Positions 61,778 to 64,000 of a stretch of DNA of 64,000 bases are shown here, piece by piece. Position numbers and translations under genes: made by a program. Position 1 is the stretch's first letter. Each line of letters opens with the position of its first letter. The notes below the pieces were generated by a model, which saw only the letters and a program-made list of their open reading frames with translations, was not told the DNA's origin and searched no databases. Source of the DNA: Sedimentisphaerales bacterium (GTDB lineage: Bacteria; Planctomycetota; Phycisphaerae; Sedimentisphaerales; SM23-30); assembly GCA_963663965.2 (NCBI GenBank), contig CAXXFK010000038.1, positions 32,001 through 96,000 of the forward strand, read 5' to 3'.

Positions 61778-64000
61778 TTAGATAAATAAGTTGACATTGC
61801 CCTGCTCGGCGTTTTGCAGATAAAGCGCGACGCCGCCTTCTTCGACACCGTCAATCATTTCGTCCTTTTTGATGCCCATCAGATCCATCGACATGGAACA
61901 GGCCACCAAACGGACGCCTGATTTCCTGGCATTCTCAATCAATTCTTCCAGGGGAGTGACATTCTTTTTATTCATAATCCCCTTAATCATCGTGAGGCCC
62001 ATCCCGCCCATATTCATTTTGGAAAGGGTCAGCTTGCGCGCGCCGCGCGGCATCATGAAACCGAACATTTTCTCGATCAGGTTTTTACTGACCGGCGGGG
62101 GATTGTCCTTGCGGAGGGCATTAAGGCCCCAGAAGGTAAAGAACAGGGTTACGTGACTACCCATGGCCGCCGCGCCACTGGCAATTATAAATGCGGCCAT
62201 TACTTTGTCAAAATCACCTGAAAAGACGACAATCGTTTTATTTTTACTGAGCGGTTGCATGTTGGTTGACAAAGCCTTAGCTTCACTTTTAATAATCAGG
62301 GCGCGAACGGCACCTTGTTCTGGTTTGATATCGGCAAGTTGGTTCCCGGTGGACTGACACCAGGCCGCCACATCCGGGGGGAAGCCCGGATCGGAAGCGA
62401 TGATACTGACAGCCTGACCGACTTGAAGCGAATCAACGGCATTTTTTAACTGGACGATCGGGCCCGGACATTGCAGGCCGCGGGCATCAATGGTCTGATC
62501 GGGTTTGATCTGAGTGGAGTCGGCGGCCGGATGAGTGCAAACCGGGGCCCCACAAATCGATGCGGGAGCTTCCGGTTCGGCGGCCGCCAGGTCAAAAAAA
62601 TCCTGATAGGTAGTATAACCGCCGGAAAGATTGCGACAGCGATAACCACGTTGAGAGAGCAAACGGCAGGCAATATAACCACGTAAACCCACCTTACAGA
62701 AGACGATCAGTTCCTTGCCTTTGGGCAATTCATCCAGGCGGCCGCGCAGTTCATCCAGAGGAATAACCATAGCCCCTTCAATCGTGCCCGTCTGGACTTC
62801 GGGGAGGGTACGAACATCAAGTAATATCTGGTTTTTACCGGGTGGCAGTTGATCTACGTGGGCAAGCTGGACATCCCCATTGAGGGCATTGGAGGCGACA
62901 AAACCGGCATAATTGACCGGATCTTTGGCTGAGCCATAGGGGGGGGCGTAAGACAGTTCCAGATCCTGCAGCTCATAAACGGTCATCCCGGCGCGCTGAG
63001 CCACGGCAAGGACATCGATGCGTTTATCCACCCCATCGCTGCCCACCGCCTGGGCACCGAGAATCTTACCATCAGTTGGATCGAACAGCAGTTTCAGGCG
63101 GATGGCCGCGGCGCCAGGATAGTATCCGGCGTGACTTTGCGGATGGGTATAAACTTTTTCATAAGCGATTTTTTGCTTTTTAAGCAATTTTTCACTGAGA
63201 CCAACCATCCCGACAGACAGATCGAAGACTTTACAGATGGCGGTACCCTGGGTGTTTTTATAAACCGAATTGCGGCCAAAGATGTTGTCCGCCGCGATGC
63301 GGCCCTGACGGTTGGCCGGACCGGCCAGCGGTATGAGTGAATCGAGACCGGCGATAAAACTTTTTACTTCAACAGCATCTCCTACGGCGTAAATGGCCGG
63401 ATCGTTGGTTTGCATGTGTTCATTAACGGCAATTCCTCCACGAGGCCCAAGATTCAATCCGGCGTTTTCAGCCAGTTTTGTTTCAGGACGAACGCCGATA
63501 GCCATAATGACCAATGCGGTATTGATGGACTGGTTGTCTGACAGATCCAGTTTAAGCCCGTTGCCTTCGCCGGTGATGTTAGTTAGTGATACCCCCAGAC
63601 GGAGATCAACGCCATGAAGACGCAACTGACGATGCAGGGGGGTAGCCATTTCGCGATCAATAACATTAAAGACCTGGTCGGCTAATTCAACCAGGGTTAC
63701 TCGTATCTTACGTTCATGCAAGGCTTCGGCCATTTCAAGTCCGATGTATCCACCGCCCACTACAACTGCGTGTTGAGGCTGTTCATTATCCACTACTTTT
63801 TTAATGGCATCCATATCGGGTATGTTGCGCAAAGTAAAGACGCGCGGGTGATCGATACCGGGAATAGCGGGCTTGATCGGTTCAGCGCCAGGGCTGAGAA
63901 TCAGGTAATCGTAGGGGGTGGCCTGTTCGCTGCCGGATTTTTTATCCCGGCTGATGACTTCTTTCCGCTGGCGATCGATTTTAATCACTTCAGTATTGAC
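61778..64000 (-). CDS. CoA-disulfide reductase-like flavoprotein fused to rhodanese, TusA/SirA and DsrE-like domains (5' end outside the window)
   Basis: GGGYIGLE, IYAVGD, PLAGPANRQG, SYAPPY; LLDVR...FCKVGLRG; DARGLQCPGP; FFTFWGL, ACSMSMDLMG. Confidence 0.92.
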   Translation of the reverse strand, partial: VNTEVIKIDRQRKEVISRDKKSGSEQATPYDYLILSPGAEPIKPAIPGIDHPRVFTLRNIPDMDAIKKVVDNEQPQHAVVVGGGYIGLEMAEALHERKIRVTLVELADQVFNVIDREMATPLHRQLRLHGVDLRLGVSLTNITGEGNGLKLDLSDNQSINTALVIMAIGVRPETKLAENAGLNLGPRGGIAVNEHMQTNDPAIYAVGDAVEVKSFIAGLDSLIPLAGPANRQGRIAADNIFGRNSVYKNTQGTAICKVFDLSVGMVGLSEKLLKKQKIAYEKVYTHPQSHAGYYPGAAAIRLKLLFDPTDGKILGAQAVGSDGVDKRIDVLAVAQRAGMTVYELQDLELSYAPPYGSAKDPVNYAGFVASNALNGDVQLAHVDQLPPGKNQILLDVRTLPEVQTGTIEGAMVIPLDELRGRLDELPKGKELIVFCKVGLRGYIACRLLSQRGYRCRNLSGGYTTYQDFFDLAAAEPEAPASICGAPVCTHPAADSTQIKPDQTIDARGLQCPGPIVQLKNAVDSLQVGQAVSIIASDPGFPPDVAAWCQSTGNQLADIKPEQGAVRALIIKSEAKALSTNMQPLSKNKTIVVFSGDFDKVMAAFIIASGAAAMGSHVTLFFTFWGLNALRKDNPPPVSKNLIEKMFGFMMPRGARKLTLSKMNMGGMGLTMIKGIMNKKNVTPLEELIENARKSGVRLVACSMSMDLMGIKKDEMIDGVEEGGVALYLQNAEQGNVNLFI

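Noticed and set aside
24455..63988. Numerous long antisense or alternate-frame ORFs (e.g. 27035-27922, 43368-44219, 59674-60327, 60355-61104)
   Set aside because: They are shadows of well-supported genes in GC-rich coding DNA.

Overview
Bacterial chromosomal window, most likely a planctomycete of the Phycisphaerae/Sedimentisphaerales type. This is inferred from the LEPRxLL-type leader, the MoxR/VWA cluster, GH78/GH43 enzymes and a dockerin-like tail, not from a marker gene. Layout: (1) 0.3-16 kb has housekeeping, signalling and glycan genes (tandem HD-GYP, DUF89, pdxB, secreted repeat proteins, sialate O-acetylesterase, peptidase C26, response regulator and kinase, GH43, GH78), many split by homopolymer frameshifts that look like long-read errors. 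(2) 16.3-24.2 kb is an AT-rich island of co-oriented small orphan lipoprotein/membrane genes separated by conserved modular spacers, bounded by a duplicated hairpin-rich element and a palindromic MITE. (3) 24.5-38.4 kb is a 9-gene MoxR/VWA/DUF58/ABC operon. (4) 38.6-48.6 kb is the best candidate for an uncharacterised system: a 1755-aa RTX/Ig-repeat adhesin with an N-terminal LEPRxLL leader, co-oriented with a PilZ protein, a GAF-MFP and a PqqD/RRE-like-M50 protease-MFP fusion, with no ABC transporter or TolC. (5) 49.6-64 kb has RluD, a second cargo-less GAF-MFP + M50-MFP pair, an S41 protease, a GH78 and a CoA-disulfide reductase-rhodanese-TusA-DsrE fusion. A 105-bp palindromic element occurs three times and a bipartite fixed-spacer motif occurs three times in intergenic DNA. 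No rRNA, intact tRNA, CRISPR array, integrase or transposase was seen.
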